A stretch of DNA of 64,000 nt from contig CM059432.1 of assembly GCA_030390025.1 (NCBI GenBank), forward strand, positions 152,646,001 through 152,710,000, in the 5' to 3' direction. The first letter of the stretch is position 1; every line of letters begins with the position of its first letter. A program made the translations under genes and the position numbers. The DNA is from Squalus acanthias. Lineage: Eukaryota. Of this stretch, positions 1 to 11,966 are shown one piece after another. The notes under the pieces are model-generated. The model saw nothing but the letters and a program-made list of their open reading frames with translations. It was not told where the DNA came from and did not search any database.

Positions 1-348
1 TTATTGAGGTTGGGGTCAGGAGCCGGGAGTTATTGAGGTTGGGGTTAGGAGCTGGGAGATATTGAGGTTGGGGTTGGGAGCCGGGAATTATTGAGGTTGG
101 GGCTAGGAGCTGGGAATTATTGAGGTTGGGGCTGGGAGCCGGGAATTATTGAGGTTGGGGCTAGGAACTGGGAGTTATTGAGGTTGGGGCTAGGAGCTGG
201 GAGTTATTGAGGTTGGGGCTAGGAGCTGGGAGTTATTGAGGTTGGGGCTAGGAGCTGGGAATTATTGAGGTTGGGGCTAGGAGCTGGGAGTTATTGAGGT
301 TGGGGCTAGGAGCTGGGAGTTATTGAGGTTGGGGCTAGGAGCTGGGAG
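1..348. repeat. 29-bp G-rich minisatellite (TTATTGAGGTTGGGGCTAGGAGCTGGGAG), about 12 copies, running off the window start
   Basis: Unit read directly; copies are more homogeneous toward the right end. Confidence 0.95.
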
Positions 349-539
349 GCAGCCAGTGCAGGAGACAACCAGGTTATGATTGAGGCTCCGGATGTAGCAA
401 GATCACTGCTAAAGTAAATGAAGTTGGTAGTTTGTGCTCATTATATTTTTCCTACTGATGATTATTAATTTTAAAAGAAACTCAGATAACTCACTGAGCA
501 GTAAAAACCCAAATTGCGGTTTATTCAATACCTAGTTTC

Positions 540-2075
540 ACACCATTGCTATTAAAGTTGCTACTCAGAATCCCCAAAAATTCTTGAGCAAAACCTGCAA
601 TTAAAGGCTAAAAGCTGCCGGCAAGCTGCCTGAATCCTGTCTGCTAGTCTACTTTTCCACAGTCTAGCCTGGCTTCATTTATTTCTGTATGGCTGCAGCA
701 GACATCTCCTAAATACATTTTAGAAATCAGGCTGCAGAAAGTCTTTTTATGTGTTGCAGCAGTAGAGAGTGAGGTTTCGTACGGAGTAACATTTTGCTAA
801 ACGTAAAGTGGCAGCCTTCTAACTGTAGTCCCCACCACTTAAAATATCCACGTTTAACACAGGCAGTCACTTATATCGGCCAAAAAGTGATGACCATTAA
901 CCATTTGAATTAATGTCAATTTCAACCCAAAGACCTAAAAATTCGGTTGCTTTGCGCCTCCCTAAGAGGGCGCTAATGGGGCGCAAAGCAACTAGTGCCT
1001 GGGCGCGGCGCCGCCAACGCCTCCCGCGAAATTCAGCGGGCGGTTAGCGGCGGCGGTAACCGTTAGCACCCCGTGCCACCGGCGATGACGCCATCGCTGT
1101 GCGCAGCGCCCCGCTCACGCCCCGGCCGCGATCTTCGGTAGCGCCCCCTGACTTACTGCCGGACGCTATGTCCGACGGGGTCAGGGGGGCCTACCTGCGG
1201 ACGGGGCGGCGCTAATTAAAAGGGAGGTGCCGGGCGGCCATTTTTGTTGCTGGCTGCCTGCCAGCACCTGCCCCCTCTGCTGTCACCAGCCTCCTCTGGA
1301 GCCCCCCCGCGGAGTGCTGGCTGCGCTCCGTGAGCCCGGCACTTCTCTTGAGTGCCGGGCTCTTTTGCCGGCACTCCGACCCCTGGTGGCCCAGCTGGGC
1401 CCCGGGTCGCGCTGCGCTAGGCCCCTCCCCTTTAATAAGGGGAGGAAGGCCTGCAGTACCGTGGCACATAGCGCCGCCATATTCACTCGCAGCGCCCCAA
1501 GAGGGAGGAGGGGCGCTTCCAGTAGCACCCCACTTCCCTCTTGGGGCGCTACCGGTGAATTTCGGCCGCGGGGGCGCTAATTTTTTTGGGGCGCGACCCA
1601 ATTTTTCCCCCAAAGGGTTTTCGATTACACCCATGCAGCCCAATGCACTGTCTTGCACAATGCCACTGTCTACATGAATAAGAAAGATTTTCAGTCACTG
1701 AAATATTCAGCTCATTTGCAACCATCAATACTCATGCAATAATCAATAATTATACAAGTCAGTGCTCGTTTCCCAGGCAGTTGCCATAATGTATTTTACG
1801 ACAGTCCACCTTACCATCAGTACTTGACTCTCAAAATCAACCTACAGGATCCCTGCTGGGTAATCAAGCCACAGATCATAATACCTCTGCAGTATCTGAG
1901 GACATCAGATCAACACCGGTATAAGAAGGTGCGTGCATTCATCAGAGTTATCATTTAGCACGGTGTTGGCATGTTGAGTATCTGGGGATATTCTGCAAAA
2001 CCGCTTGACTCAGGTTTCAAGGACTGTGGTAGTCTGCTGCATGCTGCACAACATCACCCTACAAAAAGGCACCAT
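540..2075 (+). pseudogene. Decayed PIF/Harbinger DDE transposase gene, interrupted by the 932-1611 TIR element
   Basis: Colinear degenerate motifs: D-Y-T-H (~1623, cf. IDCTH), NKKDFQSL..IQLIC (~1680, cf. NRKGFHSLNVQLVC), ARFPGSCH (~1764), RY...RVII.H.VGML (~1917), VVVCCMLHNI (2026-2055); many stops and frameshifts; 5' limit approximate. Confidence 0.75.
932..1611. mobile_element. GC-rich non-autonomous TIR element (Harbinger-like MITE)
   Basis: Imperfect TIRs (AAAAATTCGGTTGC / GCGACCCAATTTTT), flanking AAA/AAA triplets, internal inverted repeat ~1118-1147 vs ~1543-1577, sharp GC/CpG boundary. Confidence 0.75.
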
Positions 2076-2349
2076 GAAGGTCCTGGAGGGGAAAGGGTTC
2101 TTAAGTGCAGTAAAAAGATCACAAACATGAGCAGATACAAGCAGATTTGAGGTTGTGGAAGAGAACTTGTTGCTGGCTGTGAGAGGCAGTCCTGCCTAAA
2201 TCTTCCCATCTCTCCATAATTATGCCTTCACTTATGGTGCACCAAGTCTTGCAGGCAGCTCACAAGCCTCCAAATCATGGCACCAACTGACATTTGCTCT
2301 CAGGCATTTGCCAGGAAACTGCGCAGATTTCAGTACAACCAAATTTTTG

Positions 2350-2620
2350 ATGGCCAGTGTGTTGTATGCAAGTACCGGTGCTTCCCTTTGGTGACAGTGT
2401 GGGGTGTATACGCTCTTAAAACTAGCCTTGCTTGTCATTTAGGTGCTACTTCAGTTCCAGCTGTACGTGAGGTGACGAGCTGCTTTGTGTGCATTAGGGG
2501 ATCTTGGGATTGAGATGGTTCACCTTCCCAGGAGCCGAGTCCTGAGCTGGGCCTGTTGAAGGCTGGGTCACTGTGGATGGGCAGCCTCGCCTTGTGCACT
2601 TTCTGCCACGTGGTCTGAGC
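2350..2620 (-). pseudogene. Possible remnant of the Harbinger Myb/SANT DNA-binding gene, convergent with the transposase
   Basis: KARLPIHSDPAF...TAGTEVA resembles RAPRFSD...AWxEVA; position fits the two-gene Harbinger layout. Confidence 0.4.
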
Positions 2621-4278
2621 GTTTGGATATTCTCGGTTTGGGAGCAATCGCACTGCCCGCCCAAAGCCACCAACGAAATTCCCGAACCATTTTCATGGCC
2701 GTGTCTCATTACAATACTTTCACCAAACAGGCGGCTCGCTGATCTGCAGGGGCTGGGCGGGAAACCCTAAACTGGGGGAATTTTGCGCAAAGTTGACCTT
2801 GAACAGGCTTTTATCGAGGCTTTAACAGGCTAAACATGACTTGCCTTGGAACGTCTGCTTTGCTGGTGTAAGCAAGGGAGAAATTTCTAGAGAATTGCTG
2901 ATCTCCACATTAAGACTGGATTTGTGTGTGCAGTAAATGTATTAACTACAGAAGTTTCCAGGATATAACACTTGAAATCTGCAATTGGAAAACAATTTTG
3001 GGTGTTTTATGTGTATTTTTTGACTTCAGAAACTACTAATTAATTACAGTCTGAAAATGACCGGGTATTCAGCTTCTAACAAGCTTTTACAGTCATACCA
3101 GTTTTCATCCACTGATAAGCAGCTCAATGGAAGGCAAATTACTCGATCTTACCAGCCTGAAAACACTCATTTTGGGAGGGTTTTTAATCTTATTCCCAGC
3201 CAATTCACTAATCCCTCTTATTTTAAGATCCACAAATGTGAAAAGTTGATATTAGCTACTGTCCATAGATAGCAGTATATGTACTATTAAACAGTGGAAA
3301 ATAATTTTTACCCTCTTGGGAGTTTATTTTAGCTTCTTTGAAGTGGGTAATTAGCTTGCTCAAAGTAAGTGGCGACTAACAGCTTATTAGAAGCTCCATA
3401 AAATTCTCCCACTGTACACTATGCAAATTATTAATCAGGGAAAGCTTTTCGCATGAAATGAGGAGCTTTTCTTCATTCTGAAAAGCTTGCGCTCCGTGGC
3501 CCTGCCACTGTAATAATTTTCACAAGGATCCCGTGAGGATCATCATAACCCTGTTCTACACAGTGTGAATATTGGGAGAGAAGAACCATATGCACTTGGC
3601 TTGTGGAAGTTGTCCACAGCTGTTCTCGACAAAGTCAGAACAAATATTGTAGTTTGCTACCTCGATCCAGTCCCTGTGCAGTTAGTCCAGTCGGTGCAAC
3701 AGCCTGTGAAATATTAAACATGTATTTAGCCTTTTAGTTAAGTGGGTTAAAAATGATTGCTTCTGTTCACAGAGGAGGACTCGCTTTAAAACAATTTATT
3801 TTTTTCTTCTTCAGAGGCCGTGTAATTACTGTGCTGTAACTGATTGCCACGGGTATGCAATGTGCCATCTCAATAAGATGACTCCTTTCCTGTGACATTA
3901 AGGATTATTTTCTGGTAAAGATGTTCTCTCATCCTTTCATCGTGTCCAATCTTTAAAAAAAACCTCAAATGCTGAAGGTAACACTTTCAGCTGGAAAGAT
4001 TAAAGTGCAACGACTGTTCTGAAGTTTAAAAACACTGGGTGAAATTTTCTCCTTGATGCAACCGCAGTTTGGATTAGAGTGGTGTTATTTTCAGCTTGAG
4101 TTTTGGTGCATGTTCTATAAATTTCGGATTCACTTTATGCCTCCTGCAGTCTCAGTTATGAGACATTTTTCAGTTTTTTTGCACTGCACATGCTCTTTCA
4201 AATTCTCCTTTCCCCTCTCGAAGTACTACCCAGCTCTAACACTTGGTATTCACCAAATCCAGTTTCATCTGGTCTTCA

Positions 4279-4690
4279 GTAAAAACAGAAAATGCTGGAA
4301 ATACTCAGCAAGTCAGGCAGCATCTGTGGAGAGAGAAACAGAGTTAACGTTTCAGGTCGATGACCCTTCGTCAGAACTGGAAAAAGTTGGAGATGGAACA
4401 GGTTTTTATGCAAGTGCAGGGGCAGGGAGAGGGGGGAGGGGAGGAAAGAACAAAAGGGAAGGCCTGTGATAGGATGGAGGGCAGGAGAGATTAAGAGACA
4501 AGGCAAAAGGAGATGGTAATGGGACGAGTTAAGAAACAAAAGATGGCTCTAGATGAAGTGTAAATGGCACTGGCAGAATCATCAACAGCTGCCATGTGAG
4601 AGAGAGAGGAAAAATGATAGGGGCCGAGGTTATGGTCTGAAATTGTTGAACTCGATGTTGAGTCCAGAAGGCTGTAAAGTGCCTAATCTG
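4279..4690 (-). mobile_element. Penelope-like retroelement, 3' fragment (ORF end plus 3' UTR)
   Basis: Encodes LGTLQPSGLNIEFNNFRP*; homologous to 59666-60100; 14-bp TSD TCATCT(G/A)GTCTTCA at 4265-4278 and 4691-4704. Confidence 0.9.
4342..4378 (-). ncRNA. Minimal type I hammerhead ribozyme motif
   Basis: Minus strand AGUU-CUGACGA-A-GGGUC-AUC-GACCU-GAAACGUU-AACU: conserved core, stem I, stem II, palindromic ACGU stem III. Confidence 0.8.
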
Positions 4691-4924
4691 TCATCTAGTC
4701 TTCATTCAGCGAGGTAGCATGCAAGCAGGTAAGTGAACATTTGTAGTTCATTCTGAAGACTGCTGGATGTGTGGTGAAGAGTGTGGCAACTTCTGCCAGG
4801 GGACAGAAGCTTGAACCTTTTTTGCAAATCACTTCGTGGAAAAGTGTTCAGAAACCATTTTCTGTCATTGTCGAGCGTTAAGATGTGATGATGTAAGTCA
4901 TGTTGACGTAACGTTTCTTCGCAG

Positions 4925-6053
4925 GCAAGTGTGAGGCCATCCATTTTAGACCAAAAAAGGGATAGATCCGAGTATTTTTTAAGTGGTTAAATGCTAGGGA
5001 CAGTGGAGGTCCAAAGAGATTTAGTGGTTCATGTACACAGATCACTAAAATGTAGTGGTCAGGTACAAAAACTAATCAAAAAGGCTAATGGAATGTTAGC
5101 CTTTAGAGGGCTAGAATATAAAGGGGAGAAGGTTTTGCTACAGCAATACAAAGCCCTGGTTAGACCACATCTGGAGTACTGTGTACAGTTCTGGGCACCG
5201 CACCTTAGAAAGGATATATTGGCCTTGGATGGAGTGCAGCGCAGATTCATCTAAATGTTACCAGGGCTCCAAGGGTTAGATGATGAGGAGAGATTACATA
5301 AACTATGATTGTATTCCCTGGAATATAGGAGGTTAAAGGGTGATATGATGGATGTTTTTAGGATTTTGAAAGGAATTGATAGGGTAGACAGAGAGAAACT
5401 TTTTCCACTGGACATAACCTTAAAATCAGAGCCAGGCCATTCCTGAGTGAAGTTAGGAAACACTTCTTCACACAAGGGGGTGGTAGAAGTGTGGAACTCT
5501 CTCCAACAAAAAGCAGGAGATGCTAGCTCAATTAATAATTTTAAATCTGAGATCAATAGATGTTTGCTAGACATGGAGCCAAGGCGGGCGGATGCAGTTA
5601 GGATAAAAAGAAAAGGAAAGACTTGCATTTATATAGCGCCTTTCACGACCACCGGACGTCTCAAAGCGCTTTACAGCCAATGAAGATGTTGATTGAGGGA
5701 CAAATATTGGCCAGGACACCGGGGATAACTCCCCTGCTCTTCTTCAAAATAGTGCCTTGGGATCTTTTATGTCCACCTGAGAGAGCAGACGGGCTCTCGG
5801 TTTAACGTCTCATCTGAAAGACGGCACCTCCGACAGTGCAGCACTCCCTCAGCACTGCACTGGAGTGTCAGCCTAGATTTATGTGCTCAAGTCCCTGGAG
5901 TGGGACTTGGAACCCACAACCCTCTGACCTCGGAGGCGAGTGTGTTACTCACTGAGCCACAGCTGACAGAGCAGATACAGATCAGCCATGATTTGGTTGA
6001 ATGGCAGAACAGGCTCAAGGAGCTGAATGGCCAACTCCTGTTCCTATGTTCCT
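4925..6053 (+). mobile_element. CR1 LINE 3' fragment, interrupted in its 3' UTR by a SINE
   Basis: LVRPHLEYCVQFWAPHLRKDI and WNSL motifs; CR1 3' hairpin/tail resumes at 5969-6053. Confidence 0.9.
5606..5968 (-). mobile_element. tRNA-derived SINE (SacSINE1/DeuSINE-like), internally deleted
   Basis: Head TGTCAGCTGTGGCTCAGTG and tail GGCGCTATATAAATGCAAGTCTTT; matches the other copies in the window. Confidence 0.9.
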
Positions 6054-6981
6054 AAAACCATCGCATCACTTCCGTGTTTAGATCATGGCAGAAATGATAC
6101 TCTGATCCTCCACATTTCCCCCTCCCCAGTGACCAAAACCGTGCCTCTGCAAATCTGACTTTAATCAGTATAAACCTTATTTAATGAGATTTAACAGATG
6201 TGTTCACTTGGGTCCTGTTTATCTTGTCATGTAACGCAGATTTAGAATGCTGCTTAGTATTGGAGGCCTCTCTGCATCCATGGGACTGAAGAAAATATCT
6301 GTTTCCCTAGATTACTAAATCTGCTTTACAGTACATTAATTAATGTGTGCAGGTCACTCAAATGTGGTTTTGAAGAACATTTCCTTTCAACACAAAGATA
6401 TCAAGACAATCTTGGGCATTTCATATTTTGATATACCTACAACTCTGGAAGTTCCAGTGGCTCTAGCCTCCGACTCAGGCCAGTGCTCCCTCTCCATTCT
6501 TGGACAAGTAGGTGTTGATACTGGCTGAGAACTGAAAGCTTGGTATAGCATAAAGCTGTTGAGAATTATTGAACTGGGTGGTTGATCTTGAGAGTTTCAT
6601 GGCCTCTTCTCCCTCCCTATTGCAGGGAAAATCCTAGCAATAGCTCTTCATAAAAAGCTACTTTGCATTATTGCTGACAACCTTCTGCCTTGAATTGCAA
6701 TATGGATTTTGCTTGGGTTTTTGTTGCTAGGCAGATCCAAGAAAAGCATTGTGAACAAAATGTGAATTTTGTGTTCTTTACATGGTCTAAGGTTTTCATC
6801 ACGGTGAGTTGGAAGGGTTTTTAGTAACTTATATCCAAGTTTGGTTGATAAATATTGTACATTAATTGCATGATGGGAAGAGTAATTGATGATGGTGGCA
6901 TCTCTGCCCTTAAGGATATGACAAAGAGGTTAGAACAGATGGCAGGCACTTCAATATCAAATGATTCGAGGCATAGACTGA

Positions 6982-7285
6982 TGTCAGTCGTGGCTGAGTG
7001 TTCGCACTCTGACCTCTGAGTCAGAATGTTGTGGGTTCAAGTCCCACTCTAGAGACATGAGCACAAAATGTAGGTTGACACTGCAGTCCAGTACTGAGGG
7101 AGTGCGGCACTGTCGGAGGTGCTGTCTTTTGGATGAGATGTTAAACCGAGGCCTCGTCTGCTCTCTCAGGTGGGTGTAAAAGATCCCATGGCACTATTTC
7201 AAAGAAGAGCAGGGGAGTTCTCCTCTGCTTTGAGACGGGCTGAGGTCATGAAAGGCGCTATATAAATGCAAGTTCTTTCTTTCTT
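6982..7285 (+). mobile_element. SacSINE1/DeuSINE-like SINE, internally deleted
   Basis: A/B boxes (TGGCTGAGTG; GGTTCAAGTCC), shared body and tail. Confidence 0.9.
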
Positions 7286-9903
7286 GAAGTCAGAGGAGAA
7301 CTTGTTGGTGACCTCCTCTTTGCTGCTGATTGCACCCTTATGCCATGTACAGCAAGATCTCTAGGTCATCGTAAACCACCTCTTGCAGCCTCAACAAAGC
7401 AATTCTGATTTTTTATCAGTTTGAGGAGAACAGAAGTTTTGTACCAACCAGAGCTTCATCATTTGCACAGCAAACAATAACAATCTGTGTCATGCAAATG
7501 TTTCCTTCAAGGTCCTTCCATTGTAACTCTGGTCCTTACATTGTATCCCAGCTCCTTCTACAAATTCTGAAGCAAGTCGATTTTCCTTAACGTGAGTGAG
7601 TCATTGTACGATGCAAAAGCACCTCCAGTCAGACTCAGAGTGCTAGATGGTAAACGCAGATGGTGAGCATGGTATTCTGCTGATGGGTATTATTAAACTG
7701 ATTCCAACCCACTTCCCCATCCCTTTGGGTCAAGGGAGCTGGCTTTGAAATTACCCCCCATTTAATCTGTAGAAGTTAGAATAGTAGAAAGTCTCAAAAA
7801 ACATTTTCCTTGTAATAAAGTGCATGGACTTCAGCATCTTTCAAATTCCTTCTAGGTTTCCTTTAAATTCTGGCATTCTTAAATATCCTCCAAAAACCAT
7901 GGATAAATTATGCAATTGCGTTGAGTGAGATCATTAGGAACATCAGCTCCTTAAACAGTGAATGAGAGCTTATCCAGTTAGGCCAGCCCAGCAGTGTGCC
8001 CAGATTCAATCTCGGGCCTCATCTGAGGCAATGCTGGAGGAACTACCATTTATCTTATCCATTGGGTTAGGAAGGAGAAAATCAGCAAGGGTTCTCACTC
8101 CTGATCACTTTTGTGTGTAAAGCAAGCAGCAACGGTAATCACAAGTAAGTTTGCTTTCCAACTACTGTAGAGTAAGAATCACAGAAAGGAAGATACTTAC
8201 TGTATTCAATGAATGAGAACCTCCGTTTTCTCTCTGTTGTCCCTCAAACCTCCGTTCCAGCACAGTTTGTGCTGACTGTGAGCGCTTTAATAGTTGTGGA
8301 CCTACAACAGTGTTCTTCCTAGTACAGTGTATGAAGGAACTTTTTCTTGCTTCTCTTAGCCCTTCAGTCAGTAGAAGTGGCATTCAAACAACTTGCTTTT
8401 TTTTCTACCATGGCTGCTTCCGAGCATATCATGTCGATGATTAATGCAGCCTTGAACTATTTGACAATGATGGGGCAGCTACTGAGCCCATGAAACACAT
8501 CTTTCTGGTTTCCTGCACCTCTCTGTTGCGATTTGTCAATGTACTTGAGGTCGAGACTCTGGAGGCTCCTTTCATGCTTGTTAAGGCGCTAAACTAATTA
8601 TTGGGGCAAAGCTTTCATAGGATGGCCCAACTTAACACCATTTGGAGATTTTCTAATCAGAAAAGGCTTGTTCCTGTGTGTGTGGCTGTTGAGTGACTTG
8701 CATGAAAGACCCTAGCAACTAACACCTGGAATATCTCATCTCCCACCCGTCTCACCACACAACTTGCCCTTCACAGGCCTTGTACAGCATATTTTTACTG
8801 TCTAAAGTTTATTTTATTTCATAGTTGCTATCAGTCCCTTTCACTTTGCACAAAAACCTATTTTTTTTTGGCCTGTGGGCTTAAAATGTTTGTGCCTGAA
8901 CTCAAATAATGAAGTGAAATGTTGTCCTGTCAGGAGCTGTATGAAATGCAGCAAGGCCTTTCCTGTAGAAAACAGTCATGTCTTGTGACTCCCGGTGGAC
9001 CACTGTTTTGTGTTGTGTGTATTCTGCCAGAACTTTTAAGGGCAATTTCGAGAAGGGAAGCTTCTCGTAGAGTGAAAAGATGATAAAGCTCAGGATGTCT
9101 GAAACAGCAACGGGTTTTGTGATCAAGGCCAAGAAGCAGGCAAAGTCATCTTACAAGTTTTTTTTCCTTACTGTTCCCGTGAGGGGAAACCTGTCAAGAG
9201 CATTTGGAAGGGGATGCAGTGGGTTTGATGCATTGGTGAAAATCACCTTTCTTGGGATTTAAAACTGCCCTGACTTGATCTTTACTTTGGCTTTGAAGAT
9301 TGCATTGGTTAAGCAGATGCAGAAATCCAAGCAGGTTGAAGAAGGAGCTCGTTCCTGATAAAGATTTAGGCTCCCGCACTGGCCTTGCAGATGATGTCCG
9401 GGCATGTCCACGTAGAGTGCACCCATCTGCTCCATAGACACTGGACAAACTTTATTTCCAGATGACCCAATTTGAAATGCAGTTAAGGCCAAACAATCCC
9501 ATGAATTAAATATCGCAATTTCTCTTGTTCAGGATCCCAGACGGCAAAGCTTCCTGCCATATGTCAGTGCTCACCACTAGATGGCCCCAGAATGGGCACG
9601 CCAGTAAATTTCTTGGCATGTAAATGGGGTTTCTGCAGCACTTTTACAAAGTTATGGTGGTGAAATGGGAGCAGCTCTGAGGAAATTTCTGCCCGTATAT
9701 TTTATGTTAATTCAGAAAGGGTTGTTAGCACAGTGGAATGGAAAACATTTGCATTTTGGGTGCCCAGTGTCCACATCAGCACTCCCATGCCACTCCTTGA
9801 CCCGATGCAAACCTTAGTCCATAAACTGTGTCCCAATGTGCCATAAGCTCAGTCTCAGAATACCACTTACATTGTTAGGTCTTTTTACATCTTCTTTCTA
9901 AAA

Positions 9904-10335
9904 TGTCAGCCTTGACTCAGTAATAACGCTCTCAACTCTTAATCCGAAGGTTGTTGGTTCAAACCCCACTCCTGAGAGTTGAGCACATAATCTTGGCTGA
10001 CACTTTACTGCAGTACTGTTGGAGGTGAGATGTTAAACCAGGGCCCCTTCTGCCCTCTCAGGTGAACGTAAAAGATCCCATGGCACTATTCGAAGAAGAG
10101 CAGGGGAGTTCTCCTGGTGTTCTGGCCAACATTTATCACTCAAGCAACACTTAAAACAGATATGGTCATTTATTTCATTGCTGTTTGTGGGAGCTTGCTG
10201 TGCACAAATTGGCTGCCATGGTTCCTACATTACAACAGTGACTATACTTCAAAAGTACTTAATTGACTGTAAAGTGTTTCAGGACATCCTGAGGTTGTGG
10301 AAGGCGTTATATAAAGGCAAGTCATGTCTTTCTTT
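9904..10335 (+). mobile_element. SacSINE1/DeuSINE-like SINE, diverged
   Basis: Colinear with the 24801-25260 and 61314-61778 copies. Confidence 0.9.
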
Positions 10336-11191
10336 ATCCTAGTTTATTTTGGCTCTTGTATCTTTGATCACGCTCGTGATTCACTTCCAACTCGTTATAC
10401 CTTCAAGTGTGTCTATCCTTGTCTTGAGATCTAGGTAATCTTTCAGAAACACAACTGGGAAAATGAATAGCCAACCCTGTTTGGTAATTGCTTTTGGGTA
10501 CTGGACTATCTATGCCTCCATAAGATCTTGCTTCGATCTTTGAAAATGGTAGGCATCACATCAGACTTTTTTTTTAATGTTAAGTGGCAAACAAATTAAT
10601 AAAACAAATAATGAGCGTGTAAATTTAAAATTGATACGTTATATATTTACTGTAGTTGTTTTTATTTAACCCTTTGAGCAGAGAAATAATATTTTCTGAC
10701 TACAGGAGTTGGATGGTTTACCTTATCTTTTACTACAGAGTTTCCAATCGCTTTGACTACCTTCTGATAACCTAACTCAAAGAACAGTTCAATTTAAATA
10801 CCTTTTCACCGGTTGCTGTGGCTTTTTCATAACTGACAGATTCAAAATAATTGGCTGTCATGCATTTAACTGAACAAGTCACGCCGTCTGTTTGTTCAAA
10901 GTAGCTTGGCTCCTCCCTTCAACTACAGTTTGACACCTAGTTTGAACCAACCTTGCAACAAATGTATAAAAATAAGCTGGGCACGGAGATCTAAACTGCA
11001 CTTGTATCTTTTAAGCTGCTTATGTACGGTGACTGGATTTAAAGTGAGAATGACGAACTAAAACTAGACAAAAATGTATAATTCATGTCACAACCACCCT
11101 TCGCACCATTGTGATTTTTTTCCCATTTCCCACAGCAGCTATCCTAAAGATCTCTGACAGTTTGTTCAGAATTATGGGCAGTTTGGTGTTT

Positions 11192-11325
11192 TGGGCCCAT
11201 ATTCACTGGGTACTGGGTTAAGACCAACTTAATGTAGGACCCCTGCAGCCAGCATTCATCCCATCAATTGGGGCAGAACTCCAACTCGGGGTCCAGAGGT
11301 GAAAGGACTATGCTAAATTACTGGG
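11192..11325 (-). mobile_element. Degenerate LF-SINE-like fragment
   Basis: Minus strand CCTTTCACCTCTGGACC...GGCTG...CCTA...AGTTGGTCTTAACCCAGTACCCAGTG resembles the LF-SINE 5' half (recalled, not searched). Confidence 0.45.
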
Positions 11326-11717
11326 AGATAAATCCAGGCTCCAGATTTGGTGAACCACAATCACTGCCCCTGTACATTTGAATTTGAAGTGAAGCGTCCA
11401 ACTCCTTTGGTCTTTTGCTCAAAACTCAGTTCTCTGGTTCTAGGAATCAGCCTTGTGCCTTTTGTCTGCATCACATCCAGGATTTGATTGTCTCTCTTGT
11501 GACTCACTCACTAAAACTGGACACAGTACTCCAAGTATTGTCCAGCTGGAGCTCTGTACAGTTTTAGAATGACATTGTCTCACAGACTGCTTCAGCAATG
11601 TAGCTCGGCATTTAATGTTCCTGCTTGCTGCAGTCCGTGCACATTTTAAGTACTGATTCTACTAATGCCTCATATCCAACTCAATTTCCCCTTAGCTATG
11701 TCGACAACATTTGTTGC

Positions 11718-11840
11718 TGTAATATATGTGGGTAGAACAAATGAAGGACAAAGACACGAGTTGCTAGTCAATGTGCTTGCTTTACTAGGCCAGAGCAAAC
11801 TGAGCATGCCATGTGACAAACCATGTGATAATACATTACA
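11718..11840 (-). repeat. Gypsy 3' LTR (123 bp)
   Basis: TGTAAT...ATTACA termini; direct repeat of 21835-21968 with 6 transitions and one 11-bp indel. Confidence 0.95.
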
Positions 11841-11966
11841 CTGCTTTCCCCTTAAAAAAAATGTACATATTCCCCTCTCAAATACAACAAAACTATGGTT
11901 CCACCTTTCCCAGCATTACATGTACCACATAACAAAAACTCTTGGCATTTTTTTCTTTTAAATCAA

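Noticed and set aside
1212..1677. Overlapping ORFs on both strands
   Set aside because: Artefact of the stop-poor GC-rich TIR element; no protein motifs
6982..7050. tRNA-like A/B boxes here and in other SINE heads
   Set aside because: They are SINE heads continuous with SINE bodies, not tRNA genes
7990..8110. Possible ancient SINE fragment
   Set aside because: Too short and degenerate to support a family call
9540..9695. Possible old MITE; similar weak inverted repeat at ~3318-3411
   Set aside because: Terminal repeats too degenerate; no clear TSD
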